From Ruditapes philippinarum (lineage: Eukaryota), in the NCBI RefSeq assembly GCF_026571515.1, contig NW_026864584.1:1-64000 (forward strand): 64,000 nucleotides of DNA. Direction: 5' to 3'. Position numbers and translations under genes: made by a program. Under the pieces are notes generated by a model. That model worked only from the letters and a program-made list of their open reading frames with translations, searched no databases and was not told the origin of the DNA. This document shows, piece after piece, positions 12,184 through 25,759 of the stretch; within the stretch, counting starts at the first letter, position 1, and each line of letters starts with the position of its first letter.

Positions 12184-15100
12184 TACATATTGCATGAAAA
12201 CCGTCACTGTATTCTATATGAAAACAGATACTATGTTCATGATATAACACTTTACCAAGAAAATTACTTTTATTTATTGCAATGATGTTTGCTAATATAT
12301 TTGTATATCAGTTATTGTTGCAGACCTTGACGGCAGATTGGCATATCCAATTGCCTACAATATCAATACAAAGTAACATAATGAAAGGTCAAAGGGAGTT
12401 CACACATCATGAGTATAGGAGGAAATTAATATGCTTTTAAAGATTGTATATATATATATATATGATTTAAACACATATGTTCGTGTAAATGTAATAATAT
12501 GGATCATAATAGATGTAATGGAAATCTTTTTATTTTAATGGTTTGTCAAGTAATTCACAATTGTATTACTATCATATTATGTCAAATTCAAAATATTTAA
12601 GTACTCTAATTAAGAATTGAAATAATAGATAATTGGGTGATTCGATACTGGTTTGTTGTTTGGCTTTGTATAAAAGTAACTGTCCTTATTGGCAATCAAT
12701 TATCACATTATCCATTTCATTTTATTCCTGAATTTGAATGTAGGGACTCAAGAAATAAATATTTTTTTCTATGGTAAACTTACACTCCAAGTGAAACAAT
12801 AACGAGAGGTTTGTGTCATGATAATAAATCTTTCATTGATAAAAATTATGCAAATCATTAGCAAAATGCTTAATTAACCAAAACCTTACCACAATATCTT
12901 AAATAAACACAATCTCCCAAAGCCGACAAATCAAATGAAGTTCAATGTTCAAGAGATTAATTCCAGGGTTTGTTTTGTTTTGTTTAATACATAAAAACAA
13001 TACAATATAATTATGTGCTCTTAGGAAATGTATTCTAAATCTGGAATTCTGTTGTAACAACCTGTATGCCATCATCCTGATAACTATGTGCATTGCTATC
13101 GGAATCATATTAAAGTTAACTGACAGTTAACTCACATAAGTCTATTAAATACTTACAAGCAACGTATGATATGTGTTTAATAACAAGTATATTGTTTGGT
13201 AAAACAGTTTGAAACGGACAGTAGTGTGGCATCACTTTTATGCATTTTTTTTATACTTTTTGAGTTTCTTATCAATGAATTTTGAACAGATTACTTTTAT
13301 GCATAAAGAATCATTAAAATTGATATACCTGTGACAAAACTGTCTTCTGTACATACTTGTACGCCTTTATTGTATAAAAAATCTAAATTAATTAATATCA
13401 TCATTTCATTTTAAATTGTGTTGAAAAATATGATAATCATCTAGTTTGTACAAAATATGAAATGTCGATTTACTAAACTATCTTATTAATATGATAAGGA
13501 GATTTATTTCTTTTCCGGTATCTGTATATTTTTCGTAATTTTTCCATACGTGCTGAGGCTATTAAATCACATTGAACATTGCTAAATAGAAACAATGAAG
13601 ACGAAGGAGAAACATATTGTTGGTAATATGTTCCAAGGAACATAATGATAAATTAGCCAATAATATAACCACATGATATCTTCTTATTATCAGTTGGCTC
13701 TTTGCAAGTAACCTCATGAATTATTATTCTTTGTAGAGAAGCCATACTGTTGGCAATGTGATTCCATGAACATAATGATAAATCGATCAAAAACATAACC
13801 ACATGATTCCTTCTTATTAAACAGAAATATCCGAAAAACAATTATTCTTTGTATTGTATGACAAATAACATATTTTCACAAATATAAGTGTAAACATGTC
13901 TTTTAAAATCAAAATCATGTTAAAATATCTATACAAGATATAACATGTTTTTAGGACTCGAGATATCAATTAAGCATCCAGTTCATTCATAAAACGTTCT
14001 CGACCTTCAAGCAAATATTGTTTCTGCCTTTCGTGAACACTTATATAAATAAAGTAATTATTAATTAAGTTATAGATAAGTGACGTTCAAATGGTAATTT
14101 GACTGTTAAAGGTCGCCGAACAAATTTTAACAACATTACAATTTTTCGCAGACTCAGATTGCTCTTGTTCAAGAACGGCAGTGGTATATGCGAATTTCTG
14201 TCCACACCCCTAGCAACAACTTAAACTATTTTAATACAATATTTATCCAAGGTCGTAAATCCGATTTTATTACAGAAAAAGTGTTTCTGAAATGAGCTAT
14301 TTACTACATAAAAAATGTAAATATTAGTTATGTCGATATTATTGAATATAAATGGACCTCTAAAGAACGCCAAAAACAGCAAAATTTAATATATTGTAGC
14401 CTAGGTTTGACTTAGCCTACTAATGGAAGGTATTGGTAATAACAAGCTTTTATATTGATAGTAAGTCAATTATAGAGATATTTTAGATGTTTTATTTCTG
14501 TTATGACTGTTAATAAAAAATGATACTGTAATAAATAAAGTCATTGAGAATTTACTTGTAAGTGGGTCTACGGCTTCATTTTTGCACATATATCAACAGA
14601 GCCAAATATGAAATCACCTTTTATATCACTAACATTATATCTTTTAATTTGTCCTTAGATATTGCTATTATTAGGTTCGAATTGTTGAATATACGAGTAT
14701 GAGTATCTGTGAAATATGAGTTATATATGCAATAACTTATTGCAAGATGTAAGAACCAACAATGTACTTGCTGTAGATAAACTGTAGATAACTGTCATTT
14801 GGAAAGTAATAAAACCTTGCTGTAACTCGCAAATGTTTCCTTCGTTACAATTCTTAAACATTTATTCCTCGATAAAATGTCATGTATTTCTTTCAATGTG
14901 ATGCGGCTTATAGGCTGCATCCTTAATATGTTGGATACACTTGTTTAGTATGACAGTTTAACTAATCCAAAATAATTTAGCTAATCCAAAATAATTATGA
15001 TAGTATGCCACCCCGGTGCGAGACAATGATTTGGCAATTATTCACAATTATTATTTTCTCAATGATATTGTCAAGTGAATCATAACAACACAGTGGGTTG

Positions 15101-17568
15101 CTCATGTAATTACCTTGTCTCCTTGATGTTGCCCTCATTTCTCCGAAAATCATCAAGAGTTTTTATATTATAGTGAAATGTTCACTTATGTCCTTACTGA
15201 GTTTTATCTTGGTTTGGAATAATGAGAGCTCTATCAATCATTTTGTATTGGTTTTGTGCATTCATAAAGACTTTAATCCAATATATTTTGTAAATGTTTG
15301 TATCTATATAAGATTTCGTGTATTTTACGATAATTTAACGATTCAGACCTAGTATTGACCGCATTTAGGTTTGCTTCAACAACGTAATTTGCTACAAATT
15401 GGTGTAAATTTAACCAATTGTAACATGTCAGGTAATAAAGACATTATGTGTGCCAGTATATAAGCAACTGAAATATAGAAGGTACATGGTTTGTGTAAAA
15501 TTTGTGCTCAGAAGAACTAAATATGCAAATGTTTATATTGGAAAACCTTTTTGTATATAATTTTAAGTCCGTTGTTGTATTTACATATTTCATGTGGCCC
15601 ATTGCATGGGAGAACTGTGTGTTGTAATCAATACTATTGGAGCAGGATATAAGAATAAAATAATTTAAGCTGTAGTTTTTGTTTTTCTACTAGTTTAACT
15701 CGTTATATTTATTATATATATTATTATATGATGAAATAGAAGCAAGTAGGATAGAAATTATCTGTTTCTACTGATATCATGATAATTTCATAATAATATA
15801 ACTTCAGGATTCTTTAATAACATATGTAGCACTTATATGTAGCATATCATTTTAGAACCGACAACATTTTATCGTAGTTATTCATTTATAGAGCCCATTC
15901 TTCGATAAATGAACTCAGTCTTAAATACATTTCTATTGTTTTTGAGACTTTAACTATTGTGACATACCCCTGCCGATTTTGCGACTCCGTAAAAACGGTA
16001 TTGCAAGGCCGCGTACATATTCATAAGTTGACGTGATGCCATCTGCGTTATATAATCATAGCGTTTTACGCGTTACACTATAGTCGCGTCATTGATAAAT
16101 GATTTTTTTTCACATTATGCACTCTATATTTTGAGTATGTGATAAATAGAATATTATATTCGTGTAAGTTCAATACTGAATTTTTTAAACTCGTTGAATT
16201 TAATAATGTTATTAGTATTGGACTTACACTTATTCAATACCCTTTATATATTTTGTTACTTACATTTTTTGTGAATCTACACTTTTGTTTAATCTAAAAC
16301 AGTTAACTTGTCATTATTATTTCAGATTTAAATACAATATCTTTGATAAGCTAAAACATTTCATTCACTCAAACTATAGCGTTTTATATAATCAGAATAT
16401 TCACTTCTTTAAAATGAAGATAATTATTCACACCATTACACCCATTATCTCCTGTAAACAGCTATGTGTTATTCTAGAGACACTTGGGTATCGAAATGAT
16501 AGCTTGATTGATGGACAAGATAAATACAATTCCCGTTGAAGTAGTAATATGGGTTATGTATTATCAAATTGTATATAACGGGAATACTTTTGAATTGCTC
16601 AGAGACCCTACTGAATCGCAAACTGGTTCAGTCTCATTAGTTTATCATATACAACACGCACTGTTCAATATGGGGTATATGTTGGCAATCACGTGTTGAA
16701 ATTCAAAAGCAGCGATTTAGTTGATGTAAAAAATTACAGTTACTTTTGAACAACTGTATGTATTATATAAAGCCATTTTCGAACACCCTGTAACAGTTAA
16801 AAGACCCTGCGAATCAAACGATAGCCGACAATAGCTTGACAAGTATATCTTAATATGTGTATAAATATTGATGATAATGAGTTATTCTAAACTAATTTAT
16901 GTATTGATATGCAAGACAGAAAAGTGCTTAGAAATGATGAAAAATAAATGTATATGTATATGGCTAGTTTGACATGGGGACTATTTTTCATGGACACGGC
17001 AAAGTCACTACGGAAATGCTATTTCGGCACATACATGATTAATTTCTCTCAGATTATGAGCAAAGATATATGGACAGGCAATCCATACATAAATCTTTCA
17101 AGAAAGTATTTACGAGAAGTCATCAATCTTTCCAAACAAATAAAACCAAATCTCAAGAAATGTCTGATAAAGAAAAGGCATGACAACTTGTCTAATATAC
17201 AGTAAAATGTCGAAAGCACAAATGCAAATCACACTTCTCTTGTAGATAAATGATATCTTTTATAACAGTTACGAACAAGGTTCAAGCTATATTATATTAA
17301 AAAAACGACGATAACATTCCATGTGTTCTGTATAATCTGAAGCGCTGATGCAAACCATTTTGTTGTTTACTTTTTTAAAGTTTACAAAGCCGTTAAGTAT
17401 TGCCCGAAAATATTAACCTGTCCATTTCGAATACATTATCCGGTGGGTGAACGTTTTTTTGTGTTATGTTATAGTTTTCAAAAGATACTCATTGACTAAT
17501 TACCTTAACGATATTTTGCTTCTATATGTTATTTTCTGGACGTTAATACAATAACAATGATTTAATTG

Positions 17569-18216
17569 TGTTATGTATGCAACATATTACATGTATATAG
17601 ATTATATCTGACCAGTTGGTATTTCCAATATTGTCATTGTTCTATTTTTAGAACATAAACTACATGTATGTACTAGAACGTTCTTAACTGTTGTGGAAAA
17701 CTCATGCATTATATTTAGATAGAAATTTCTGGAATGATCTTTACTGTTGAAGTTGCTAGATTATGATTACTGTAGTAAATGGAAGACTATTCTAGAAACT
17801 TCTTAGTTAATATATATAAGGAGACATTTTTCATTACTCTTACCTTTTAAGTCATCAGTGATCTATTAAGTCATCAGTTACCTTTTAAGAAGTCAATATA
17901 TTTGGAGTATTATTCAACTTGGATATTAAGTGAATTATTGGAGCTTGGATTTTAAAATAAATTATTCTTGTGGATTTTATTGTGGGAATTTATTCTAAAG
18001 TGTTCTTGGATTTAACTTGGATTTAAATGTGCTATTCAAAAAGGATCATTCCAGGATCAGACTAGACATTTATAATTTTCATTTTTATTTGGACTTCAGG
18101 TATTTGTAAACATAATTTGTTATTTTATTTTTCTTTAATAATTTTTCTGTAATAAATTTGTTATTGTTACAAGTTTGTTGCTGGCTTTTCTTTCTCGTTA
18201 CGCCTGGCTCGTAACA
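17569..18216 (+). mobile_element. Solo LTR (Ty3/Gypsy-type, 4-bp TSD)
   Basis: Begins TGTTATG and ends CGTAACA (inverted termini). ATTG is duplicated at 17565-17568 and 18217-18220. Internal TATA-like tatatataag (~17811) and AATAAA (18151). Confidence 0.8.
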
Positions 18217-20013
18217 ATTGTTTTTTATGTTTTATTTTGCTACTATTATAACATAACATTCCACTTACAGTCCCACTTTCTTCAAGTAAAAAAGCATATT
18301 ACATGACTGTAGAAGTTGTTAATTTTTGCGACGTGGAAATATTTGCGATTTTTGCGAATCAAAATCAATTGCAATTAATTTAGCCGGCAAAAGTGAAATC
18401 AAATTAAGTCTTCGGTGGCCATTTACACCTGTAAATATACCCGTTGGAGAAAAAAATCTCACTCAATACAAACAAACATATAACATGATTCAAAGTGCAT
18501 TTAACATTTAACAGTATGAAATAATAACGAAAACGGTTCATTATAAATTGTCGAACTGACCATTTCATAATATTTCTTTGAAAACATGTACATTGAAAAT
18601 AGCCACACCTGTTAAAAATATGGTTAACACTTGTTAATAACATCACCGATAACAAAATTATTTTATACAGGTAATAGTGTGACACTTGATGATTATTAAA
18701 ACAAATTAAAACCACTCGCTTGAATACATTTTCTGTATTGGTTAAATGATTTAATTTTTCTATTCATTTACTAGTATTAAGTTATTAAATGGTTATTACA
18801 AACGTGTTAATATAACGGGAGTTTCTGAAATCGTACTTTAGCAAATATTTCGGCACACAAAAAGTCCGTTTTTGTATTTTCGCAATTTTTTGTGACGTGC
18901 AAATATTCACTGATACAGTTTTTAAATATTATAAAACACATGTTTGTTTTATTTTTAAAGAAGGACAAGATAAGTTCTAACTGAGGCATAATGTGATTTT
19001 AACAACATAAACTGACTACTATTTACCGATATTTAGATATGGTATAACATTCGTACCAATAAGTTTGTTTAATAGACACCTAAACATACGGCCTTTATAT
19101 TTTATACTGGTTTATAGATCATATACAATTTTGTTTACGGAATCAATTTAAGCAATCGCAGAATGGAGTATCACTGAATTTTCCTCATATTTTTACATGA
19201 ACTGCAATAAGAGTCTTAAATTAACATAATTGTAATGCAATGTAATTCGTTATTGTATATAAACGTTTAATAATTTAAAATACAGTAAAACATGATATCA
19301 TATATAAATAACTACTTATTGATACGAGTATAATCACACAAGAAATGCTCTGTAAAAGATTTAATTTATGTACCAGTTTGTGTCATCCAAAGAAATAATC
19401 TACATCTATATAGAACGGATATAAAAAATACCTGTTTCTTAGACGACAGTGGTAAAGGCATTTTTATCATAACATTTACCAGTCAATCGGCTTTGATGTT
19501 TATCATCTTTTCTGTCTTAATTTTCTTTTCTATTTGATCATTTAAAATAAAACTAACATCTGACACGAGCCATGGGTACTATAATAATATAATAGATGAA
19601 AATAGTCCTTAGTATGAATTCTAGATGATACTTAAATAACAAAAATTCTGTTCGACACTAAGAGGTACATATCTTCCGTCCTATTTTTTGTTTTCAATTT
19701 GGATTGATGAGGTGTCTGAAAACATTTGGTTTTCTGATAATTAAAAGCTAAATTGATAAGTTAAGCAGTTTACCAACATGAATATATGCATTGAAATGAT
19801 AAAACTTGCTTATGAACTACAGAGGTAAATGTACTATACTTATCTAGTGGTATTGTGATAAACATCAAACTGAATTATGATTTAAGCAGATGTAATGGTT
19901 CATTTTTTTATATGAACCCAGTTCTATCTTTAATATAATAAAACAGAAACTATATGGGAAATGGTTTATAATATACATGCCATGATTATCTCCAGTACCA
20001 GTCTTTATATAAA

Positions 20014-21375
20014 TCAAGCAATTGTTTCATTCTTATCAGCCGGGAAAAATGAACATACAGCACATGTGAGTTCTCTAGTGTTTTCATATGGTGGACACTT
20101 CAGTACCCCGCATGCAGCCTGGACGAAAAAGAAATATTTTTCATCTTTGGCACCATTCCCAGCTTCCAATGCTTCTGGCTTTTCATCAACACAAACATAT
20201 TCCGATGATCCAGCATGTGAGAAGTGACCAGCCATAAGATAACCACTGTACTCCAGAACATAACCCTTGTAACAGACGCTTCTTCCAGGAATCATAAGTA
20301 CATTATTCCTAGGGATTCTGCAAACTGCACAAGGCACGTCTTGGTAATGTAGATGTTTCCAGTATGGGTAATCGCCGGTGTGGTATTCAGCTCCGTATAT
20401 TCTGTCGGCTGATTGGAATCCATCTATGTATTGACTCCAGGTAGGATCTTTCGGCAAGCACATGTAGTTTGAACCAGAACCTTTGTGGGTATAGTGACCA
20501 CCAGCGACGTAACCGTCATAAACGAGAAAGGCTCCTTTAGGACAAATGGTCCTACCCCAACGGGTATATGTTGACCCGTCAAATGATCTTTCGGCTCTGA
20601 TCAATTTTTTCTTCATTCCAGTTATCATTTCTCTTGCATCTATAGTTACATAAGAAAGACATATTCAGTATAAAACAAAATAAAAACTATCCGCTAAGCG
20701 CTGTAGGGAGCGAATTGCCTTTATAATTCTTTGGTCGAGGGTTCGAACTTCGGGCGAATTTCTACGTTACAAATGATCTTGAACTTCATGACAATTGTTC
20801 TTGGACTTTAAAACTTATGGTAATAAGTCTCTAAATTCTGGTTCAGCAATTATATGGGACCGGAAGTTGGTCATGTGGAGATATTGGTAATTACCAGTTC
20901 ATTATCCAGGGAAGCCAGTTAACTTCCAAAATATGAATGAAAGTGCATTTGTAAATTTTTATCAGTATATCGTAAAAACAAATCAAACTGACAAGTCAAG
21001 TTTTTTATGCAATCGAGGCAGCGAAAAGAAGTTTTTGCTACTCCCTTGTATCAAAAAAAATTACAAAATATAAATCATAGTTTCTTTTTCTTAGAATCTT
21101 AAGATGATATGGAAACATATCATGAAAACTTGAAAATATTTATAAACTATAAAACAGATACAAAACAGATACTGATTACCGCTTAATTCATTTCTTAAAG
21201 CATTGTTTGTCTCCTTTTGTTGTTTCATCTTTTCTTCAAGCACGATAAGTTTCTGCAAAACGTTATATTCGTATTCAAACTTATTATAACACGTATGTGG
21301 CTCATCATTAAATAAACACATGGATAAATGTAAGTATCCAATAAGTAACAGTATAAATATTATTTGTTCAGCCAT
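20014..21375 (-). CDS. Copy 2 (subfamily A): secreted coiled-coil + short-chain collagen C4 (spongin NC1-like) domain protein, 273 aa, intact
   Basis: Exon 1 is 21375-21180 and exon 2 is 20639-20014, with a GT-AG phase-1 intron of 540 bp. Hydrophobic N-terminus; CYNKFEYEYNVLQKLIVLEEK coiled coil; YTRWGRTICP...CPPY...ELTCAVC domain. Confidence 0.92.
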
Positions 21376-23364
21376 TTTTTTCACAAGAAAAATCCTGTTA
21401 TGTCAGAATATTACTAAAAACCCCAGAATCTTTTAACAGTTTTATCTGAATTTTTACGTACAGGTTAAGTTATAGAATATATCGTATTACAGTAAACCTG
21501 TTTTTTCAATTATATCTGCTTGCCTAGTTAAGATAAATGTTATAATATCTATGATAACGTATACTTAATGAGCATGATAGTATACGCCCTGTACATAGGA
21601 GGCCTTCTTGGAATGTGTAGCGTAATGTTGTTTTTGTTTTAAGATAAGAATAATGGAACTTTCGAAATGGTTTGAAACAGGTAAATGTAGTTTTAATTAA
21701 GACAAATTGTGCTAACGCTTCATTTTATGTCGATAGGGTGGGTTGTGTTGTCTGATTCCCTTCTTGTCTAGTTCTTCACTGCTGATGCTTTGTGTCTATA
21801 TATAATATAAAATACATAAAACATTTGCTACTTTTGAAGTGAGTGTCGATCGATTATTCTTTATCTTAGAGTTGTAAAATAAATTATTTTATGTGATTGA
21901 ACAGTTTATCATTATGAAATAATCATTAGTAACTGTAACAAACTAATATTTAACGAAATATAGTTAATCTTACATTAGCCTGACTATTGATATACATGTA
22001 TTTATATCAAAATTTACCTAATTTACGAAAGCCCTCATATCCGACAAATTGAATACAGATATTTACGTGAAACTTAAAGAATTGGTATTTATCAAGAAAA
22101 AACATTATGATTTTGTTTCCTTCCAATTGCTATAATGATAAAATAGAGTGCAATAAGAATCCCTATAGAAAACCCAACACGGTAAAATTGAAAAAATCAT
22201 ACCTGCATTATTACTTTATTATTACTGCATTGATAGTTTACATATATCACTGTTTATACTCAAACCAATTGTCATTATTTTATATATAAGGTTTTTATGT
22301 TTCCGTTCCTTAAACCGTACACATTCTACACTGCAGTATTGAATTATTGTATGACTATGAGGTGAATGTCACATTAATAAGGTCAATGGCCTTTGATATT
22401 TACTGACATCTTCATACAATAACTATTTCAATACATAACCATTTTAAAATACTTCATTTTGTATTTTTCAAAGCTGTAGATGTTGTTTTAGTATACACAC
22501 AAAAAACAAAAAAAAAACATAAATAAGCAAATGAAAAGCGCAGAGGGTGATAACCTATTTTCGGCATTCGATACCATTCTAAAATGAGTAACTGTTCATC
22601 AGAAAGCAAAGCAAAATGTCTTTCAGTTTATCATTCTAGTTTTGAGGCAAAGAACGCTGTCTGAATCTGACATTACCAAACGGCATGGTACCGTTGTTTT
22701 TTATTGATCAGCTTTATATATTACTGTAAAGACATTAACGATTGCTGTCTAATAATATAGTAAGAGCCACTTTTATGGCCTTATGACAAAGTTTGTTTTG
22801 AACAGTACCGCCACGTTCAGATTATTTTCTATTGACCGTCAATCGCAACATAATCATATTAATTAACATTCGGGTCAAATTCAATTTCTGTTGTTGCTTA
22901 TCAGTGCTTATCTAGCATTAATAAGACACAATATGAATTACACCATTACACTGATTATCTCAGCTTAACAGCTTCACTACGCCCAGGAGATAATAATGCT
23001 TTCTACATAATACTCTGATATACGGATAAGGTGTAAACAATAATATCCCCGAGGGTTTAGGAATTTTCTGATATATGTAATCTAAGTTCCATTTGAGAAG
23101 TCCATGTTATAATCATTTATTTTACTTTACCCTACTGTAAGTGATTTCGTAGCATCATATGTCAATTACGACAAGTTATATAACGAAAAATCTTTCTTGT
23201 GTACGAGTTAAAAATTATTACACATTATACACCTAAGAAGTTAAAAACAAAAGTGACCTTTTACATCAAAATTATTTTGAGAAACTGCTATGTGACTTAT
23301 TAGCATATTGTTACGTTAATAAACGTCGGTCAGTGTCATTTTAGCAGGACGTTTTCATATAAAT

Positions 23365-24523
23365 AAACAGTTGCTGATTTACACCATGTCGTATTTTCGT
23401 TTCTTCAAAGCAAAATGCGAAATAGCGAAAATGCTTGTCGTCTCTTCATGTATTTGCTTTTTCGAATTTTTGAGGCAAAAAAGAGAGAAAAGAAAACGAC
23501 AGAAGGTGGACGAAATACGATATATAAAATCTGTCGTAAATTCGCATTATGTCGTATTTTCTATTTTTCGCATTGCTACATTTTCGCATTGCTGCATTTT
23601 CACTTTGTTACATTTTTCGCATCGTTACATGTTCGCATTGTTGCATTGTCGCTCTTTCGCATTGTTACATTTTCGCAATTTTACATTTTTGCATTCCTAT
23701 TGTACATGCGCATGGAGACATCAACTCATTGTTATCATTATTACTATTATTATTCAGTTTTGTAATGTTTGATATCAATGATATACATGACAACATTTGG
23801 TCGCCATATTTCCCGGTCATTCATTCTTCTTCAGTGGCTTTAATTTCATTTTAAATTTTATATAACAATAAAATTTAAAATAACTTTTATTTATTATTAC
23901 ATTATCTCGAGTTGTTAGGCGTTCCCAGGTACTTAAAACAAAGCTCACTTGACGATCATTCTGTCTGCCAGCTTTCCCATATTTCTCGAATATCAATTCA
24001 ATTTTCAAAAACACACAAAGTCAGTAAAATTTTTTTTAAAATCATAATTTTTTTTTACTGGTTTTTTTTCTTTTTGTTCCCCAAAGGGAAATTGAATGCT
24101 TTTTAAAACAAGAAAGGGGAAAAAAATTAAAACCCAAATTGGTACAAACCCAATTTTATTTTCTGTAAAATTTTTGGAATTTTTCCCAAATTTATAGCCC
24201 AAAAAGCGCAACGTAACAACCGGGTCGCAAAATGTAAAAAAAAAAAAAACAATTTGAAAATTTTAACAATTGGGGAAAAAAATTAAGGCAAAAAAAAGGG
24301 AAACAATAAAGTAAATGCCAAAAAAAATTTCGAAAAAAACCCAAAAAAGCAACCAAAAGGGGAAAGTAACAAAACGTGGAAAAAAGAGAAGAGGGTGCAA
24401 AATTTTCCTTTAAGTTTGAAGTTATTTTTGCGGTCGTATTTTTTGTCGTATTTTCGCCCTTTTTTTTAAACACGAAAAAAAGCAAATAAAACGGAACAAG
24501 GCCCCAAAAATGAGAACACCATA
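23365..24523. mobile_element. Foldback/MITE-like DNA element with internal ~16-18 bp tandem repeats (ttcgcattgttacatt)
   Basis: The left arm (23380-23700) is rich in gtcgtattttcg / ttcgcattg. The inverted right arm (~24190-24523) is garbled but ends caccata. The element is absent from the paralogous site at ~38125-38140. Confidence 0.65.
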
Positions 24524-25280
24524 AAATAAAAAAATTGTTTTTTATTTTTAAAAGTCCTATATTAAAAATAAAATTGGGGAAAAAATTTAAAACCAACAAA
24601 TTTTAAATCAATTTCCATTCTTTTTAAATGCCGTTTGAGAATTTGGCGGGAAAAACTACAAGATGCAAAAAATTTACAAAGGGAATTCCCCTCTTAAAAC
24701 ACGGGCCCCACGCCCTTTTTTTTGTTTAAATTTTTTTCAGGGTTTTTTGGGGATAAAACAAATTTTTTTTTTTGTCCGGGGTTTTTAAATTAATTGGGGG
24801 AAAGGGGTTTAAAGGCACTTACTGGGGTGGGGGGGGTTAGGGAGAAAGTGTTGTTTTTTCCGAAATTTAAATAATCAGACTGAAAAAAAAATCGCCCCCG
24901 TTTCAAACCCCTTGTTTCTTCTTAATAATACAGTTTTTTCCTTTGGGGATACCCTTATTACATTTTTAAAAAGGGTTTTTATCCATTTGGGAAAAATTGT
25001 ATACATTTTTCCCAACAAGGGTATTTGGGTTCAAAGGGAATTTTTTTAAACATGGTTTTCATAAAAAATTAAATTTAAAGCATATTTTTAATAAAATTTA
25101 AAATTTTTTTAAAACCCCGTTAAATTTGATTTAGCGAGGGGTTTAAAACAGTTTGACAATTCATGGGTTTATGATTGTGTTTATAAAAAAAAATGTTTGG
25201 GGGAAAAATTTAATAGGAAGGGAAATTTCCTTAAAAAACCCCTTTTTTTTTACTGGAAAGGGGATTTCTATCAAAAAAAA
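24000..25280. other. Low-accuracy (homopolymer-inflated) sequence
   Basis: 24540-25280 is a garbled version of the clean paralog at 38140-38740 (e.g. aatcagactgaaaa and cttaat..atacagttt are retained). Confidence 0.85.
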
Positions 25281-25641
25281 TATAAAATGAACAGGTAAAA
25301 TTAGATGTTTTTACACATTTCTAACACAGTACCTACTTTAAAAATACGATACTGTATGGAAACTGCTATGATATTCATTTTAAAATAACACTGTCCTTTA
25401 ACACAACATTGATTCCATGAAACAACAAACTGACATATATGACACATGCACGCGGCTTGGAAAGTGGTTTCTGTAGCTTAAATTATTCTTAATCATTAAA
25501 ATATTGTTGATTTTGTTTTAATTTTCACAAAATCTGCTTCTTGAGGCTAAATAATATATAACATACAGTTGTATATAGTGTAAATATTTGATATCCATAG
25601 AAAAATTATGTCTGTTTTGCTAAAATTATTGTTCACTATTT

Positions 25642-25759
25642 AGGGAGAAGGAAGATGTGTTAGCGGCCGGATAGCTCAGTCGGCAGAAGCTCGGAACTGT
25701 GTCCGAGGGTCCTGCGTTCGAGTCTCGGTCAGGCTGTGCAAATTTCTCACCCTATCACA
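25642..25759 (+). mobile_element. tRNA-derived mini-LTR (3' LTR of a non-autonomous, Ajax-like TRIM) with upstream polypurine tract; alternatively a tRNA-SINE head
   Basis: A 14-nt purine run agggagaaggaaga (25642-25655) is followed by TGTGTTAG...CTATCACA (25656-25759, inverted ends). Inside are an A-box tagctcagtcgg (25672-25683) and a B-box gttcgagtc (25716-25724). Confidence 0.6.

Noticed and set aside
11726-12285. Arg/Cys-rich ORFs on both strands
   Set aside because: By-product of the GC-rich palindromic MITE.
15330-15700. Unit-B-specific ~370-bp insert ending near CTAG (Helitron?)
   Set aside because: No clear 3' hairpin or defined termini; its class cannot be supported.
23371-23854. 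ORFs in three frames and a CRISPR-like repeat appearance
   Set aside because: Short degenerate tandem repeats inside a foldback element; no unique spacers or cas genes, and the context is eukaryotic.
25663-25735. Functional tRNA gene
   Set aside because: A and B boxes are present, but the acceptor and anticodon arms look irregular and the TG...CA/PPT context points to a mobile element.
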